Shown here one piece after another: positions 38,676-50,463 of a stretch of 64,000 nt of DNA. A model generated the notes under the pieces. That model was not told where the DNA came from and searched no databases. It worked only from the letters and a program-made list of their open reading frames with translations. Source of the stretch: Candidatus Woesearchaeota archaeon (GTDB lineage: Archaea; Nanobdellota; Nanobdellia; Woesearchaeales; 21-14-0-10-32-9); assembly GCA_041660865.1 (NCBI GenBank), contig JBAZVO010000002.1, positions 153,395-217,394 of the forward strand, read 5' to 3'. A program made the position numbers and the translations under genes. Within the stretch, counting starts at the first letter, position 1; the number at the start of each line of letters is the position of its first letter.

Positions 38676-38799
38676 TAGAAACAAAAAAATAAATAACACA
38701 ATAATATTTTGTTAATTTATACAATTAGCACATAATTGACGATAAATTTATAACAATTAACAATAATTAATTAAAATACTAATCACGAGACACATTTAA

Positions 38800-39948
38800 A
38801 TGAAAAAAGATAAAGCGCCAAAAATATTTAATAGCAAAAAAATAATTCTAACCCTATCAATTATTTTAGGAATTGCGGCAATAATTTTTATGTATAAAGT
38901 TCTCGACATAAAAGAAGTTATTAGAAGTTTTCAAAACGTAACTTTAGAACTAATAATTTATTATATTTTAATTCAACTCGCAATGATGTTAATTCTTACT
39001 TGGAGATGGAAGATGATACTCAAATCCCAAGGAATAACTCATGTTAGTATGTATAAATTAAATAAATATAGACTTGTAGGTCAGGGAGTTAGTTTTCTTA
39101 CACCTTCAGGAAAACTCGGGGGAGAACCTATCAGAGCAGGCCTTGTTTCATCAAGAGAAAATATCGAATTTGATAAAGCATTATCAAGCGTTGTAATTGA
39201 TAGAGTTATTGATATAACTGCAGCCATGTTATTTTTTGTTATTGGTTTAATACTTGTAATATTCTTTTTTGTTATGTCAAAATTACTTGTTGAAATAGTT
39301 CTTGTCGCATCTTTGATTGTTTTAGGATTACTTGCCATATTTAACTATCGAATGCTAAAAGGTAAAAAAGTACTCCATCACGTTTATAAATTTTTTAGAT
39401 TACATAAATTTAAAAAACTTAAAAATTTTGAAAAAAAACTTGAAGATGTTGAAACTCTTATAATAAAATTTTACCATCAAGATACAAAATATTTTTATTA
39501 TGCAATGGGAATATCACTTGCAGCTTGGGGAATTATGCTTTTAGAATATAAAATCGCAGCATTAATTGTTGGACAAAACCTTACAGCGATGCAATCATTC
39601 TTAATATTTTCATTCGTAGGCGCAGCATACATAGTCCCAGTACCTATGGCCCTAGGATCATTGGAAGCTAGTCAAATTTCTGCATTTTCAATAATAGGAA
39701 TTAGCACTGCTGCTGGACTTGCTTTAAGTTTCCTTGTTAGATTAAAAGATTTAATTATTGCAATAATAGGAATTATTATTCTCGGACTTTATGGTTTGAA
39801 TATAAGAAAAACAATCAAAGATACAGATTATTTAGATGACGAAGTTGAAAAACTCGAGAAAACAGCTAATTCTAAAAAAGTCAAATCAAAAAACATACTA
39901 ACTAAACAAAACACAAAAAACCAGAAAAAAATAATTTTAAAAAAATAA
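38800..39948 (+). CDS. Flippase-like membrane protein (lysylphosphatidylglycerol-synthase TM region / UPF0104 family)
   Basis: About 8 TM helices, the family-typical TPSGKLGGEPIRAGLV loop, and a Lys-rich C-terminal tail. Confidence 0.55.
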   Translation: MKKDKAPKIFNSKKIILTLSIILGIAAIIFMYKVLDIKEVIRSFQNVTLELIIYYILIQLAMMLILTWRWKMILKSQGITHVSMYKLNKYRLVGQGVSFLTPSGKLGGEPIRAGLVSSRENIEFDKALSSVVIDRVIDITAAMLFFVIGLILVIFFFVMSKLLVEIVLVASLIVLGLLAIFNYRMLKGKKVLHHVYKFFRLHKFKKLKNFEKKLEDVETLIIKFYHQDTKYFYYAMGISLAAWGIMLLEYKIAALIVGQNLTAMQSFLIFSFVGAAYIVPVPMALGSLEASQISAFSIIGISTAAGLALSFLVRLKDLIIAIIGIIILGLYGLNIRKTIKDTDYLDDEVEKLEKTANSKKVKSKNILTKQNTKNQKKIILKK

Positions 39949-40000
39949 AAATAATAACAAATAAATCATATCTAAGATTTATTCAAAAAAATTAAAAAAT

Positions 40001-41527
40001 TTATTTTAATTTTAAATCTAGTAAAATCATAACTTTTTTACCATCTGCTTTTCCTTTAAGAGCGGACATAACTTTGCCCATAATTAGTCCTTTATTCGCA
40101 CCAGGGTTTTCAACAATAATTTTTTCTATAATATTTTCTATTTCAGAATCATCAACTTGTTTATATTTTTCAGATTTAAATTCTCCTGAACTTGCAACAT
40201 CAAATAAAACATCAGGTAAAGAAGATGAGGCTATATTTCCTGATGAAACACTCGTAAATAAAGGATCTTTAATTTTAAACCAATTTAATTTATTTCCAGA
40301 TTTTTTTTCAGCTTCAGGCACATTAATTAATATGCTACTAACAATATTTGAAGAGGAGAGATATTCTGAGCAATACTTGTTAAAATCATCTTCAAATGTA
40401 TATCCCTCTTCATTTTTGCTTTCATACTTAACTGCGAGAGCTGAAAGATCGTTGCTTAAACCATATTTTTTTACATAATGTTGCTCACGTTCTTTTAAAG
40501 TTAAAGGCTTATCTACATGAATATTACTTGAATCTATTGTTTCTATATCGGTTTCTGGATACATACGATCAGCGCCAGGCATAGGTCTTAAAAATGAAGT
40601 TGACATATCAGATTCTGCTTTTCTAACTTCAGATTCTATTTTTTTATTACTAATTTTTGCATCTTTAATTAAATTTATTTGTCTTTTAATTTCATTATCT
40701 ATAACAATCGGGATACTTCTTATATCTTGAAATCCTTTAATTTCAATTCGAGAACTTCCTTTAATTGAAATATTTACATCCTGTCTAATGGTTCCTATTC
40801 CTCTTAAAATTTTTCCCGTGCTTCTTAAAAGCATACCTATGTGTCCTGCAACTTCTTTACATTCATTAGGACTTCTAATATCAGGCGCAGTTGCAATTTC
40901 TATTAAAGGAATCCCAAGTCTTGATAAATTGTAAACATCTTTGTCATTTTTTCTCTCTATAACTTGACATGCGTCTTCTTCAAGACATAAAGTATCTACA
41001 CAAATTTTTTTACCATTAACTTCAACAAACCCATCATATCCTATAAGTGCTGTTCTTTGAAAACCTGATGTGTTTGATCCATCAATTACTGTTTTTCTCA
41101 TAAATTGTATACTATCAACAATTTTCATGTTAAGAAGTTTTGCCGCAATTAATGCAGCCTCTATTGATACCATATTTACAGGATGTGGTGGCTCTTCATC
41201 CATCTCAACAAGACACGTAGAATCATTGTATCCAAGATATTCAAATATTTTAGATTTTTGCTGTTCATGCAAAGCGGCCTTGTCAACTTTTCCAAGTTCT
41301 CCCGCGCTCGCTCTTAGTCTTCTTATAATAGAAAAATCAGGCACATCCTTTCTAATCTGACAAGGACAATTACAAAATAATTTTTTACCTGCAAGTTGCT
41401 GATGAATTTCAATCCCGCATTTAAACCCTAATTCTTCGTAATCGAAAACATTTTTAGATACAACTATTTCCTCTTTAACACTATTTTCTTGAGCAGGTTT
41501 ATCTTTTTTTATAATATGTTCACTCAT
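40001..41527 (-). CDS. gatE: Glu-tRNA(Gln) amidotransferase subunit E
   Basis: GFKCGIEIHQQL...KLFCNCPC, CLVEMDEEPPHPVN, GSNTSGFQRTALIG, GIPLIEIATAPDI and GTIRQDVNISI. It overlaps gatD by 4 nt. At 508 aa it seems shorter than the GatE proteins I recall. Confidence 0.85.
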   Translation of the reverse strand: MSEHIIKKDKPAQENSVKEEIVVSKNVFDYEELGFKCGIEIHQQLAGKKLFCNCPCQIRKDVPDFSIIRRLRASAGELGKVDKAALHEQQKSKIFEYLGYNDSTCLVEMDEEPPHPVNMVSIEAALIAAKLLNMKIVDSIQFMRKTVIDGSNTSGFQRTALIGYDGFVEVNGKKICVDTLCLEEDACQVIERKNDKDVYNLSRLGIPLIEIATAPDIRSPNECKEVAGHIGMLLRSTGKILRGIGTIRQDVNISIKGSSRIEIKGFQDIRSIPIVIDNEIKRQINLIKDAKISNKKIESEVRKAESDMSTSFLRPMPGADRMYPETDIETIDSSNIHVDKPLTLKEREQHYVKKYGLSNDLSALAVKYESKNEEGYTFEDDFNKYCSEYLSSSNIVSSILINVPEAEKKSGNKLNWFKIKDPLFTSVSSGNIASSSLPDVLFDVASSGEFKSEKYKQVDDSEIENIIEKIIVENPGANKGLIMGKVMSALKGKADGKKVMILLDLKLK

Positions 41528-42918
41528 AAAAAATCCTCGTTTTCCAATCTATCTAAAATTTCTCCTCGAAGATTTTTTGAATAAAGTTTTTTTGTATCAT
41601 CAAGAGAATAATTACTTAAAAGCCAAACAAGTTTAATATATGCAGTTTCAGTTGTCATATTAAGATTATGCCCAAGCACCCCTAAATCTTTAAGTGTACG
41701 TCCTGGCGAATAAACATTCAAATTTATTCTGCCAAAAACCGTCTGAGAAGTCATACACGCAACTTTCTTTGAAGCGATTTCTTCTATTATTTTCAATATT
41801 TCTTTATTTTGTTTTGTTGACTCATCAAATTGATCTATTGGAAAATGTCCAAGACCCGTTCCTTCTAAAATTAATCCATCAAATTTTTCGTAAATTTTTA
41901 ATTCTTCAGGAAGTAAACCTGGTCTTGATCTTATTATTCCTACCTTTATTGAAGGGTCGAATAATTTTAAAATTTTATTTTTTATAGTTGCAGGTTCATA
42001 CTGCATATTATTATGCAAAAAATTAATTGATTTATTTTCAAAATTTACTTTAGCAAAAATTCCGCCACTTATAACTTTAAATGCGTCACGTCTAGTAGAA
42101 TGGAGTTTTCTAACATTATGTGCTGGCAAAATAACACAAGAATCATCACTACTACTCTCATGCATACAAATAAATACTCCATTTGTATTATTTTCTTTTG
42201 ATTTTGAAATAAAATACGCTGCACTAAGTAAATTAAGCGCTGAATCACTACTAGGCCTATCGCTACTTCTCTGAGCGCCAACAATCACAATTGGAATAGG
42301 TAAATTTTCAAACATAAAAGAAAGCGCGGAAGAAGTATAATGCACCGTATCTGTTCCTTGTGTTAAAATTATACCTTTAATAGATTTAAGAGCGAGTGCT
42401 AACTCTATTGCTTTTGCCATTTCATTATAATGATAAAAATTTAAATCATCAGAAGGCATGTTACTTATTAATTTACTATCTATCTTCGCTATGTCTTTTA
42501 ATTCAGGAAAAAGTGAAATCATTTCACTAGGTGTAAATTTTGCATTAACTGCGCCTGTTGAATAATCAACTTTACTTGCAATAGTTCCGCCCGTATGTAA
42601 AATTATTATTTCTGAGTCTTTATCAAACTGAGTATTTTCTGAAATAATATTTGAAGAATCAAAAAAAGATTTGTGCGAATTTGCATGTAACTTACTAGAA
42701 GATTCTTTTAATAAATGAGACTTATCCTCTAAATCCATATTTACGCAAGATTTAATGTTCTTTTTTAAAATACCCATATTATATCCTGAATTTAATTTTA
42801 AATAAATAAATTCATTATTTTCAAAAACAAATATACCTTCATGCATAGAAGAATTACTCAATTCTAATTTATATTTTTCTCCTTGAACAAAGTTTTTTTC
42901 TTTCATCTTTTCACTCAT
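41524..42918 (-). CDS. gatD: Glu-tRNA(Gln) amidotransferase subunit D (asparaginase-like)
   Basis: ILHTGGTIASKVDYSTGAV (asparaginase Thr motif) and GIILTQGTDT. An N-terminal extra domain is present and the gene is paired with gatE. Confidence 0.9.
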   Translation of the reverse strand: MSEKMKEKNFVQGEKYKLELSNSSMHEGIFVFENNEFIYLKLNSGYNMGILKKNIKSCVNMDLEDKSHLLKESSSKLHANSHKSFFDSSNIISENTQFDKDSEIIILHTGGTIASKVDYSTGAVNAKFTPSEMISLFPELKDIAKIDSKLISNMPSDDLNFYHYNEMAKAIELALALKSIKGIILTQGTDTVHYTSSALSFMFENLPIPIVIVGAQRSSDRPSSDSALNLLSAAYFISKSKENNTNGVFICMHESSSDDSCVILPAHNVRKLHSTRRDAFKVISGGIFAKVNFENKSINFLHNNMQYEPATIKNKILKLFDPSIKVGIIRSRPGLLPEELKIYEKFDGLILEGTGLGHFPIDQFDESTKQNKEILKIIEEIASKKVACMTSQTVFGRINLNVYSPGRTLKDLGVLGHNLNMTTETAYIKLVWLLSNYSLDDTKKLYSKNLRGEILDRLENEDFL

Positions 42919-43251
42919 AAACCTTAGAGGAACAAATCATATTTAAAGATTGTTATGACTTGTATAAAAACAGGAATAATAGTTAAGGACATAAATAATA
43001 TATAGTGCCAAGCTCGCCACTTGATTAATATATCTATTACACTAGACTCGACACACAATGCAAATAAATATCTGTCGGCGGGCGCACTATAGGAAACTAT
43101 TGTCATAAACTATAATAGAGAAAAGAATATAAACCCAAAGTAAAAGTAAGCTAATACATAACACATATAATACACTGTAAACTATTATAGCGTACGACAT
43201 TATATTATACATAATTCATAATAATTTTAAAAAAAGGGGTTGTAATTTCCA

Positions 43252-46086
43252 ATGGGGATAGAGCTAGAAGATAAATCAGGAAGCAAATTAGAAAATATTA
43301 CCGAACATAAAAAATGGCATCTTAGATCAAGTGATGAAATTCTTAAAGATTTAAACACAACCCATAAAGGCATAAGTACTAAAGATGCGCAATCTCGTTT
43401 AAATAAATACGGCTTAAATACCATTGCAAAAGAAAATAAAAATAGCGCTCTAAAAATTCTTATAAAAAATTTTAACAGCATAATAATTTATGTTCTTCTC
43501 GGAAGTGCAATAATATCTCTTTTAACTAATCACTCTTTGGAATTTATAGTAATTTGTTGCATAATTTTACTTACAGGAATTCTCGGATTTGTTCAAGAAT
43601 ATAGAGCAGGTAAAGCAGTTGATGCACTCTCTAAACTCACTGCAAAAAAAGTTATCGTAGAACGAGAGGGAGTAGAACAAGAAATACTCTCAGAATATCT
43701 AGTTCCAGGAGATCTTGTAATATTAAGAAGAGGTATGGTAGTTCCCGCAGATATAAGAATCATAGATTCTAAAGGATTAACTGCTGATGAATCAATTCTT
43801 ACAGGCGAAGCCATTTCAAAACTAAAACATTCAGAGAGACTTGAAAAAGACTCAATAATTAGCGAACAAAGCAATATTATTTTTAGTGGAACAAATATAA
43901 CCGCAGGCTCTGGAAAAGGTATTGTTGTTGAAACAGGACTTAATTCTGAACTTGGAAAAATTTCAGAAACAATGAAAGAAATAGATGAAAAACAAAGCCC
44001 ATTACAAAAAAAAATAGACAAAATGAGTAAAAAATTATCATATAGCGTTCTAATAATAACTGCTCTTTTCTTCATTGTTCTTTTACTAAAAGGCTTTAGC
44101 TTATTTGATACATTAATGCTCGTTTGCGCCGTTGCAGTCTCAGGTATACCTGAAAGTTTTCCTTTAGCTTTAACTCTTGCACTTTCAAAAGGAGTTAGAA
44201 ATATGGCGAAATCTAATGCTCTTGTAAAAGATCTTAATGCTGTTGAAACTCTTGGAACCACAACTGTTATTTGTACAGATAAAACAGGAACATTAACAGA
44301 AAATAAGATGAGAGTTGTAAGATTTATGCTTCCTGATGGAAAAGAAGTAGAGCTTGAAGGAAGAGGTTATGAACCAAAATCAATATTTAGAATTTCTGGA
44401 AAAGAAATAGATACTAAGATCTTAAAAAAACAAGAAGAATTATTTAAAACATTTATTCTATGTAATAATTCAGAACTTAAATTTGATGATAGTACCGGCT
44501 CTTGGATAATTTCAGGAGAATCAACTGAAGGAGCATTATTAACTCTTGCAAAAAGCGCAGGTTATGATGATTCGGCATTAAAAGAAACAAATAAAAGAAT
44601 TTACGAAATACCATTCGATCCTTCAATTAAATACATGATAAGTGTTAATGAAGAAATAGGAAAAGCCAAAAACAAAAAAGGAAAACAAACAGCATACATG
44701 AAAGGCGCTGTTGAAAAAATAATCGAAAAATGTAGTCACATAAAACTTAGTAATGGAAAATTAAAAATATTATCAAAAACAGAAAAAGAAACAATTCTAA
44801 AACAAGTTGAAACATATAGCTCCGCACCATTACGAGTTATGGGATTTGCATCAAAAAAAATATCTAAAAATTTAACTCCTGATACACATGGAAAATTAAA
44901 AGATATACAAGTAAAACAACTAGAAAAAAACTTCGTATTTGAAGGCATAGTTGGAATCGAGGATCCTATAAGACCTGACGTTTTTGACGCCATAAAAACA
45001 TGCCATGAAGCAGGAATAAAAGTAATAATAGTAACTGGAGATCATAAATCAACTGCCGAAAGCATTGGTAAAAAATTAGGTCTTATAAAAAATAAAGCCG
45101 ATCTTGTAATTGAAGGTTCAGAACTTGACAAAATGAATGATGAAGATTTAGATTCTTCAATAAATAATGTTGTAATTTTTGCAAGAACAACACCGCATCA
45201 TAAATTAAGAATAGTAAGTTCTCTTCAAAGAAATGGAGAAGTTGTTGCAATGACGGGAGATGGTGTAAATGATGCGCCCGCTCTTAAAAAAGCAGACATA
45301 GGAATAAGTATGGGTAAAAATGGAACAGATGTTGCACGAGAAGCGTCAAATATGATTCTTGCCGATGATAATTTTAGTACAATTGTAAAAGCTGTAAAAG
45401 AAGGCAGATCAATTTATAGCAATATACGAAGATTTGTTCATTACTTGCTTACTGGAAACTTCACAGAAGTGTCCTTAATGGTTGTAACAACACTTATGGG
45501 AATAATAACGCCGTTAAGTGCTATAATGATTTTGTTTGTAAATATTGTAACAAGCACATTTCCATCACTTGCATTAAGCATAGAACCACCACATCAAAAA
45601 GTGATGAAACAACATCCAAGAAACCCAAAAGAAAGCTTGTTATCAAGCTATATAATGCTAAAAACTCTTGTTTTAGTGCCATTGATGTTTGGAGGAACAC
45701 TATTATTATTTATTTGGGAGCTCGCTGTAAAAAACTCAGGAATAGACAAAGCAAGAACAATTGCCTTTGCCACATTAATTATGTTTGAATTATTCCACGC
45801 ATACAACTCAAGATCATTACATACAACCATATTTAATAAGAATTTCTTCAAAAATAAAATGATGTTTATTGCAACAGGCATATCATTCACAGTTTTGATG
45901 CTCTGCGTATATACTGGCATCGGTCAGCTTATATTCAAAACCGTTCCATTAGGCATTTTTGACTGGCTTGCAATATTCCTTGTAAGTGGACTTGTAATTG
46001 CAGCTTCAGAAATAATTAAACTATTAATTAGAAGCGAATTTGAAGAACAAGGAAAACTCAAAGGAATGGATATGAAAGTTGAATAA
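43252..46086 (+). CDS. P-type cation-transporting ATPase (type II, Ca2+/Na+-pump-like)
   Basis: TGES/TGEA, ICTDKTGTLTEN (phospho-Asp), KGAVE, TGDHKSTA and MTGDGVNDAPALKKADIGISMG, with 10 predicted TM segments. Confidence 0.92.
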   Translation: MGIELEDKSGSKLENITEHKKWHLRSSDEILKDLNTTHKGISTKDAQSRLNKYGLNTIAKENKNSALKILIKNFNSIIIYVLLGSAIISLLTNHSLEFIVICCIILLTGILGFVQEYRAGKAVDALSKLTAKKVIVEREGVEQEILSEYLVPGDLVILRRGMVVPADIRIIDSKGLTADESILTGEAISKLKHSERLEKDSIISEQSNIIFSGTNITAGSGKGIVVETGLNSELGKISETMKEIDEKQSPLQKKIDKMSKKLSYSVLIITALFFIVLLLKGFSLFDTLMLVCAVAVSGIPESFPLALTLALSKGVRNMAKSNALVKDLNAVETLGTTTVICTDKTGTLTENKMRVVRFMLPDGKEVELEGRGYEPKSIFRISGKEIDTKILKKQEELFKTFILCNNSELKFDDSTGSWIISGESTEGALLTLAKSAGYDDSALKETNKRIYEIPFDPSIKYMISVNEEIGKAKNKKGKQTAYMKGAVEKIIEKCSHIKLSNGKLKILSKTEKETILKQVETYSSAPLRVMGFASKKISKNLTPDTHGKLKDIQVKQLEKNFVFEGIVGIEDPIRPDVFDAIKTCHEAGIKVIIVTGDHKSTAESIGKKLGLIKNKADLVIEGSELDKMNDEDLDSSINNVVIFARTTPHHKLRIVSSLQRNGEVVAMTGDGVNDAPALKKADIGISMGKNGTDVAREASNMILADDNFSTIVKAVKEGRSIYSNIRRFVHYLLTGNFTEVSLMVVTTLMGIITPLSAIMILFVNIVTSTFPSLALSIEPPHQKVMKQHPRNPKESLLSSYIMLKTLVLVPLMFGGTLLLFIWELAVKNSGIDKARTIAFATLIMFELFHAYNSRSLHTTIFNKNFFKNKMMFIATGISFTVLMLCVYTGIGQLIFKTVPLGIFDWLAIFLVSGLVIAASEIIKLLIRSEFEEQGKLKGMDMKVE

Positions 46087-46222
46087 ACTAAGTTTATTTC
46101 TTTTTTATTTTTTTAATTAAATATTATTAGCTATGCTAATCCCCTCATTAAATTTATAATTAAAAAAGCATAAAAACTATAAAGAAAAAATAAACTGAAA
46201 AAAATATCAAATACGATAAAAA

Positions 46223-46552
46223 TTAAAAATATTTTTTTAAAACTGCTAAAACTTCTGAACTTGATCCTATTTCTGATAAGGGAATATAAACTTCACCTTG
46301 ATTCAAAGATGTTTTCTTATATTTTCTGTCCAATACTGTGTTTTCAAAATTGTTAAAATTATTACTTAAATCTGCATATAGTTCTTGAGTGAATTTTGTT
46401 GATTGTACTCCTTTTCCTTCAAGCCCCCAACCCCAAATCATCCATTCGGATGTTGATTCAGACCATCCATGACTTGCGCCATAAAGTCTTATATGCTCTA
46501 TGTTATCATGAGAAATAGAGTCTAATGTTTTGATTGAATTTTTTTTGGCCAT
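46223..46552 (-). CDS. Hypothetical protein (109 aa)
   Basis: ATG-started ORF with no overlapping longer ORF. No recognisable motifs. Confidence 0.4.
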   Translation of the reverse strand: MAKKNSIKTLDSISHDNIEHIRLYGASHGWSESTSEWMIWGWGLEGKGVQSTKFTQELYADLSNNFNNFENTVLDRKYKKTSLNQGEVYIPLSEIGSSSEVLAVLKKYF

Positions 46553-46746
46553 GACTCATAGAATCAAATAATAGTATAAAAAGCTTCCTGTTGTTTCTCC
46601 TAATAAAGAGTAACCTGACTCGCTTTGACAAAACTGGGCATCATGGAGCATTACTATCGAATTTGTATTTTCTAAAACACGTTAAAAAAAGAAAAAAGAA
46701 AAACTAATTTAATAACGAGTCTAAATATTTTAAATTCTATAACTAA

Positions 46747-47100
46747 TTACAATTCTTCTAATAAACTATCTAACGCATCAACTGCTCCTTGATTACCTGC
46801 TCTTTGAAAATCATAAGTATTTGATTTGCTATCAAATTGAATTCTCTTTTCAGAAATTTTCTTCACCAAAGATCGTTTCGCTTCTCTTCTAGAATACAAA
46901 GAAACAGCATAAGGCAAAACATAAGGAAAAACTGCCTTCAATGTCCCTTGAATATAATGTCCATTTGAAAAATCATCCAATATTCCTTGAAAATGAGACG
47001 CGCTCAACATAACGCTGTATAAATGTATTCCAGTACCAACAACCCCTGCTGTTTTTAAACATGCAGAATCATAGACTTTTGTCAAATTGTTATAGTTCAT
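46747..47100 (-). CDS. Hypothetical protein (~117 aa)
   Basis: ORF with its first ATG at 47100 (the track's GTG is at 47109). No recognisable motifs. Confidence 0.4.
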   Translation of the reverse strand: MNYNNLTKVYDSACLKTAGVVGTGIHLYSVMLSASHFQGILDDFSNGHYIQGTLKAVFPYVLPYAVSLYSRREAKRSLVKKISEKRIQFDSKSNTYDFQRAGNQGAVDALDSLLEEL

Positions 47101-47176
47101 TTGTTTCACCTATTCATATTAAAGCGAAATAACTACTTATATATTATCTCCTCCTTAGGTAGGATGAATAATAAGA

Positions 47177-47186
47177 TTTATATATA
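47177..47186 (+). promoter_or_regulatory. TATA-box-like element upstream of trmB-like gene
   Basis: TTTATATATA is centred about 25 nt upstream of the ATG at 47206, consistent with a leaderless archaeal transcript. Confidence 0.35.
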
Positions 47187-47205
47187 GTTCTTGCACAATA
47201 ACCTC

Positions 47206-47967
47206 ATGGATGTATTAGTAATATCTCAAGAACTTGAACAAATAGGATTAAATAAATCAGAAATAAAAGTATATCTTTCACTTTTAAAATTAGGCGCTTC
47301 AACAACAGGACCCATTATTAATGATTCAAAAACTGCCAATTCTAAAATTTATGAAGTATTAGAAAAACTTATTCAAAAAGGATTAGTAAGTTACTTCACA
47401 AAAGAAAATGTGAAACACTACAAAGCTACAAATCCCAACATGCTAAAAGAATACTTAAATGAAAAAGCTGAAAAAATTGAAAAAGAAAAAGAAAAATTAG
47501 CCAAACTATTACCTTTATTGATGTCATTTTCTCAAGAAAAAGAAGAAGAAAAAGAAGCAGTAATATTTTCAGGATCAAGAGGTGTAAAAACTGCGTTCAC
47601 TAATCTTGTTGATGAATTAAACCCTGATGAAGAAGTACATATAATGGGAGTTTACGATTTTGGTAAAAGTTTCATGAACTCTGCTATTTATTTTCAAAAA
47701 ATACGATCAAATAAAAAAATTAAAGCGAAATTCCTAATAAATCCTGAAGCGAAACATATTGCGAATGAATTTGAAAAATATCCACCTGTAGAAATAAGAT
47801 ATCTTCCTAAAGGAACATTTACACCCGCCATATTTCTTATTTACAAAGATAAAGTTATAATTAATATCGCAAAAGAAATGACCTTCTTCGTATTAAAAAG
47901 TAAAAGCGCAAAAGAAACATTTGATGCTTATTTTAATCTGATGTGGACTACTGCGAAAAAATCTTGA
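47206..47967 (+). CDS. TrmB-family transcriptional regulator
   Basis: N-terminal wHTH LGLNKSEIKVYLSLLKLGASTTGPIINDSKTANSKIYEVLEKLIQKGLVS, a coiled-coil linker and a C-terminal effector-like domain. The ATG is at 47206 (the track's TTG is at 47191). Confidence 0.8.
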   Translation: MDVLVISQELEQIGLNKSEIKVYLSLLKLGASTTGPIINDSKTANSKIYEVLEKLIQKGLVSYFTKENVKHYKATNPNMLKEYLNEKAEKIEKEKEKLAKLLPLLMSFSQEKEEEKEAVIFSGSRGVKTAFTNLVDELNPDEEVHIMGVYDFGKSFMNSAIYFQKIRSNKKIKAKFLINPEAKHIANEFEKYPPVEIRYLPKGTFTPAIFLIYKDKVIINIAKEMTFFVLKSKSAKETFDAYFNLMWTTAKKS

Positions 47968-48056
47968 AAAAAATCCACCCGACTAAAATCTTTTCGCATC
48001 AGATAATTTCTGCAATCTCAAAGTTATTTTCGATTTCATCATAATATCTCTTTTAT

Positions 48057-50381
48057 TTATCCGTAGTAAGATGGTTTCTCATCTTTTAATTGTTTACCAC
48101 CTGCGGATCTAAAAAAGTTTTGTAATTCGATGTATTCATTTTCTATTTCTTCGCTCATCGAAGGTCTAACTTTCTTTAAAGCTTCTTTGAACGATTCCAT
48201 TTTAACTTCTTTTGAATTTATATCCTTTCTCAAAGTTAGCATAGCTGCTTCACGACATAAATTTTCTATGTCTGCGCCAGAATACCATTTAGTTGAATCA
48301 AGCAAAAATTGCATATCGAAATCTTTAGACTTAGGCATATTTTTTAGATGTATCTTTAAAATCTTTTCTCTTGCATCAGCATCTGGAGCTCCAACTAAAA
48401 TTATTCTATCAAACCTGCCAGGTCTCATTAATGCAGGATCGAGTAATTGAGGCCTATTTGTTGCACCAATTATTACTATGTCATTTAATTCTTGCATTCC
48501 ATCCATTTCAGAAAGTATTTGATTAACAGCATTCATCCCCATCGAAGATAAACGTCCGTCAGCATCTCCAACTGATCGGCTACTTGCAATTGCATCTATT
48601 TCATCAAGAAATATTATTGAGGGTGCAACTTGTCTTGCTTTATCAAAAACTCTTTTTACTAATTGAGGTGTTTCATTTACCCACTTAGAAAGTAAATCTG
48701 AACCTTTTATTGCAATAAAATTCGCACCTGATTCTTTAGCTACAGCTTTTGCAAGAAGTGTTTTTCCAGTACCTGGTGGACCATAAAGAAGAACACCTTT
48801 AGGTGGTTTTACGCCTAAATTTTTAAATGCCTCTTTATGACTTAAAGGCCACTCTACCATCTCTTTTAGTTCTTGTTTGGTTTCTTCTAAACCGCCAACA
48901 TCATCCCATGAAACATTAGGAGGCTCAACTAAAACTTCTCTTAATGCAGAAGGTCTAACTGTTTTTAATGATTCTTTAAAATCATCCATTGTAATTATCA
49001 TTTTATTTAATAATTCTTCAGATATTTCGGCATCCCCATCTAAATTTAAAGAAGAAGATAAACGCCTCAAAACATTCATCGCAGCTTCCTTAGTTAAACT
49101 TCCAAGATCTGCTCCAACAAAACCATATGTGACTTCTGCTAGTTTTTCAAGTGAAACATCTTTGTCTAATGGCATATTTCTTGTATGAATTTTTAATATT
49201 TTCAATCTGCCTTCATATTGAGGAACGCCTATTACTAATTCTCGATCAAATCTACCTGGTCTTCTAAGTGCAGGATCTAAAGAATTAGGTATATTTGTTG
49301 CCGCAATAACAACAACTTTTCCTCTTGATTTTAAACCATCCATTAATGCTAAAAGTTGAGCTACAACTCTTCTTTCAACATCTCCTTTACTCTCTTCTCT
49401 TTTTGTTGCTATCGCATCTATTTCATCAAAGAAAATAATTGCAGGCGCATTTTTTTCAGCTTCTTCGAATATTTTTCTTAGATTCGCTTCGCTTTCTCCA
49501 TAAAATTTACTCATAATTTCAGGACCATTAATAACGTAGAAATTGCTATTTGTTTCATTTGCAACAGCTTTTGCCATCAATGTTTTTCCAGTACCTGGCG
49601 GACCATGAAGTAAAACTCCTTTAGGAGGCTCAATTCCGAGTCTTTGAAATATTTCAGGATGCTTTAATGGTAATTCTACCATTTCACGTATTTTTTTTAT
49701 CTCCTCATCAAGACCTCCGACGTCTTCATAAGATACTTCAAAAACGGGTGCTTGCTCTTCATCTTTTGGTTCAACACCTTCTTTTTTAAGATCTAAAATA
49801 GTATTATCAGTTATTATAATCGGTCCTTGCTTTGGATTAGTTTCAGTTACAACAAATCTTAAATCTCCAAGACCTAACATGCTTCCAAATACTTCATCAA
49901 GTTTTGGTTTGGAATAAGGATTAACGGACCTATTATCATAAAGTGCAGGTCTTAATGGAGGTGCTGCAATCATGTCTCCATTCATAACTGCTCGTCCAAG
50001 AAAATGCATTTTAAATAAAGTAGGATTATTAGTGCTAATGATTACTCCTTCTCTTGCGGGCGCTATTGTTATTTTTTTAGCTTCAACAACATCTGCTCTT
50101 TTAACAATTACAGTTTCCCCAACACCTGACCTAGAATTTTTTCTAAGAAGACCATCCATTCTAATTATTGGTAAACCTATATCACCTGGAAGCGCTCTTT
50201 GAACCACTGCAACTGTAATTCTTTGACCTTTAACCATTACATATTGGCCTTCTCTAACGCCAAGTTGTTTCATATACCCAACATCAATTCTTACAATACC
50301 TCTATTGACATCATCTTGTATCGTCTCAGAAACCTTTAATTTTATTTCGTTATCTTTTTCTTTTACAGCGTGTTCGGTCAT
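48057..50381 (-). CDS. cdc48: CDC48/VCP-like AAA+ ATPase (two AAA domains)
   Basis: The N-domain ([19 protein letters not shown]) is followed by two GPPGTGKT Walker A motifs, two DEID Walker B motifs, and RPGRFDR twice. The ATG is at 50381. Confidence 0.92.
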   Translation of the reverse strand: MTEHAVKEKDNEIKLKVSETIQDDVNRGIVRIDVGYMKQLGVREGQYVMVKGQRITVAVVQRALPGDIGLPIIRMDGLLRKNSRSGVGETVIVKRADVVEAKKITIAPAREGVIISTNNPTLFKMHFLGRAVMNGDMIAAPPLRPALYDNRSVNPYSKPKLDEVFGSMLGLGDLRFVVTETNPKQGPIIITDNTILDLKKEGVEPKDEEQAPVFEVSYEDVGGLDEEIKKIREMVELPLKHPEIFQRLGIEPPKGVLLHGPPGTGKTLMAKAVANETNSNFYVINGPEIMSKFYGESEANLRKIFEEAEKNAPAIIFFDEIDAIATKREESKGDVERRVVAQLLALMDGLKSRGKVVVIAATNIPNSLDPALRRPGRFDRELVIGVPQYEGRLKILKIHTRNMPLDKDVSLEKLAEVTYGFVGADLGSLTKEAAMNVLRRLSSSLNLDGDAEISEELLNKMIITMDDFKESLKTVRPSALREVLVEPPNVSWDDVGGLEETKQELKEMVEWPLSHKEAFKNLGVKPPKGVLLYGPPGTGKTLLAKAVAKESGANFIAIKGSDLLSKWVNETPQLVKRVFDKARQVAPSIIFLDEIDAIASSRSVGDADGRLSSMGMNAVNQILSEMDGMQELNDIVIIGATNRPQLLDPALMRPGRFDRIILVGAPDADAREKILKIHLKNMPKSKDFDMQFLLDSTKWYSGADIENLCREAAMLTLRKDINSKEVKMESFKEALKKVRPSMSEEIENEYIELQNFFRSAGGKQLKDEKPSYYG

Positions 50382-50463
50382 GGTCTCTCCCTTCCTATAA
50401 TTTATGCCACATAGTGCATACATACCGAAATAGAACTCTAGTTTTTATAACTTATGGTAGAAA

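Noticed and set aside
38521-38724. 67-aa minus-strand ORF from the track.
   Set aside because: It lies directly over the plus-strand tRNA-Arg(CCT) gene (its GFEPTT translation is the T-arm read in reverse) and is a spurious shadow ORF.
42924-43481. Small minus-strand ORFs (42924-43106 and 43227-43481) in or near the gatD / P-type ATPase intergenic region.
   Set aside because: One overlaps the ATPase start region in antisense and the other is an AT-rich intergenic read-through. Neither has a start context or motifs supporting coding.
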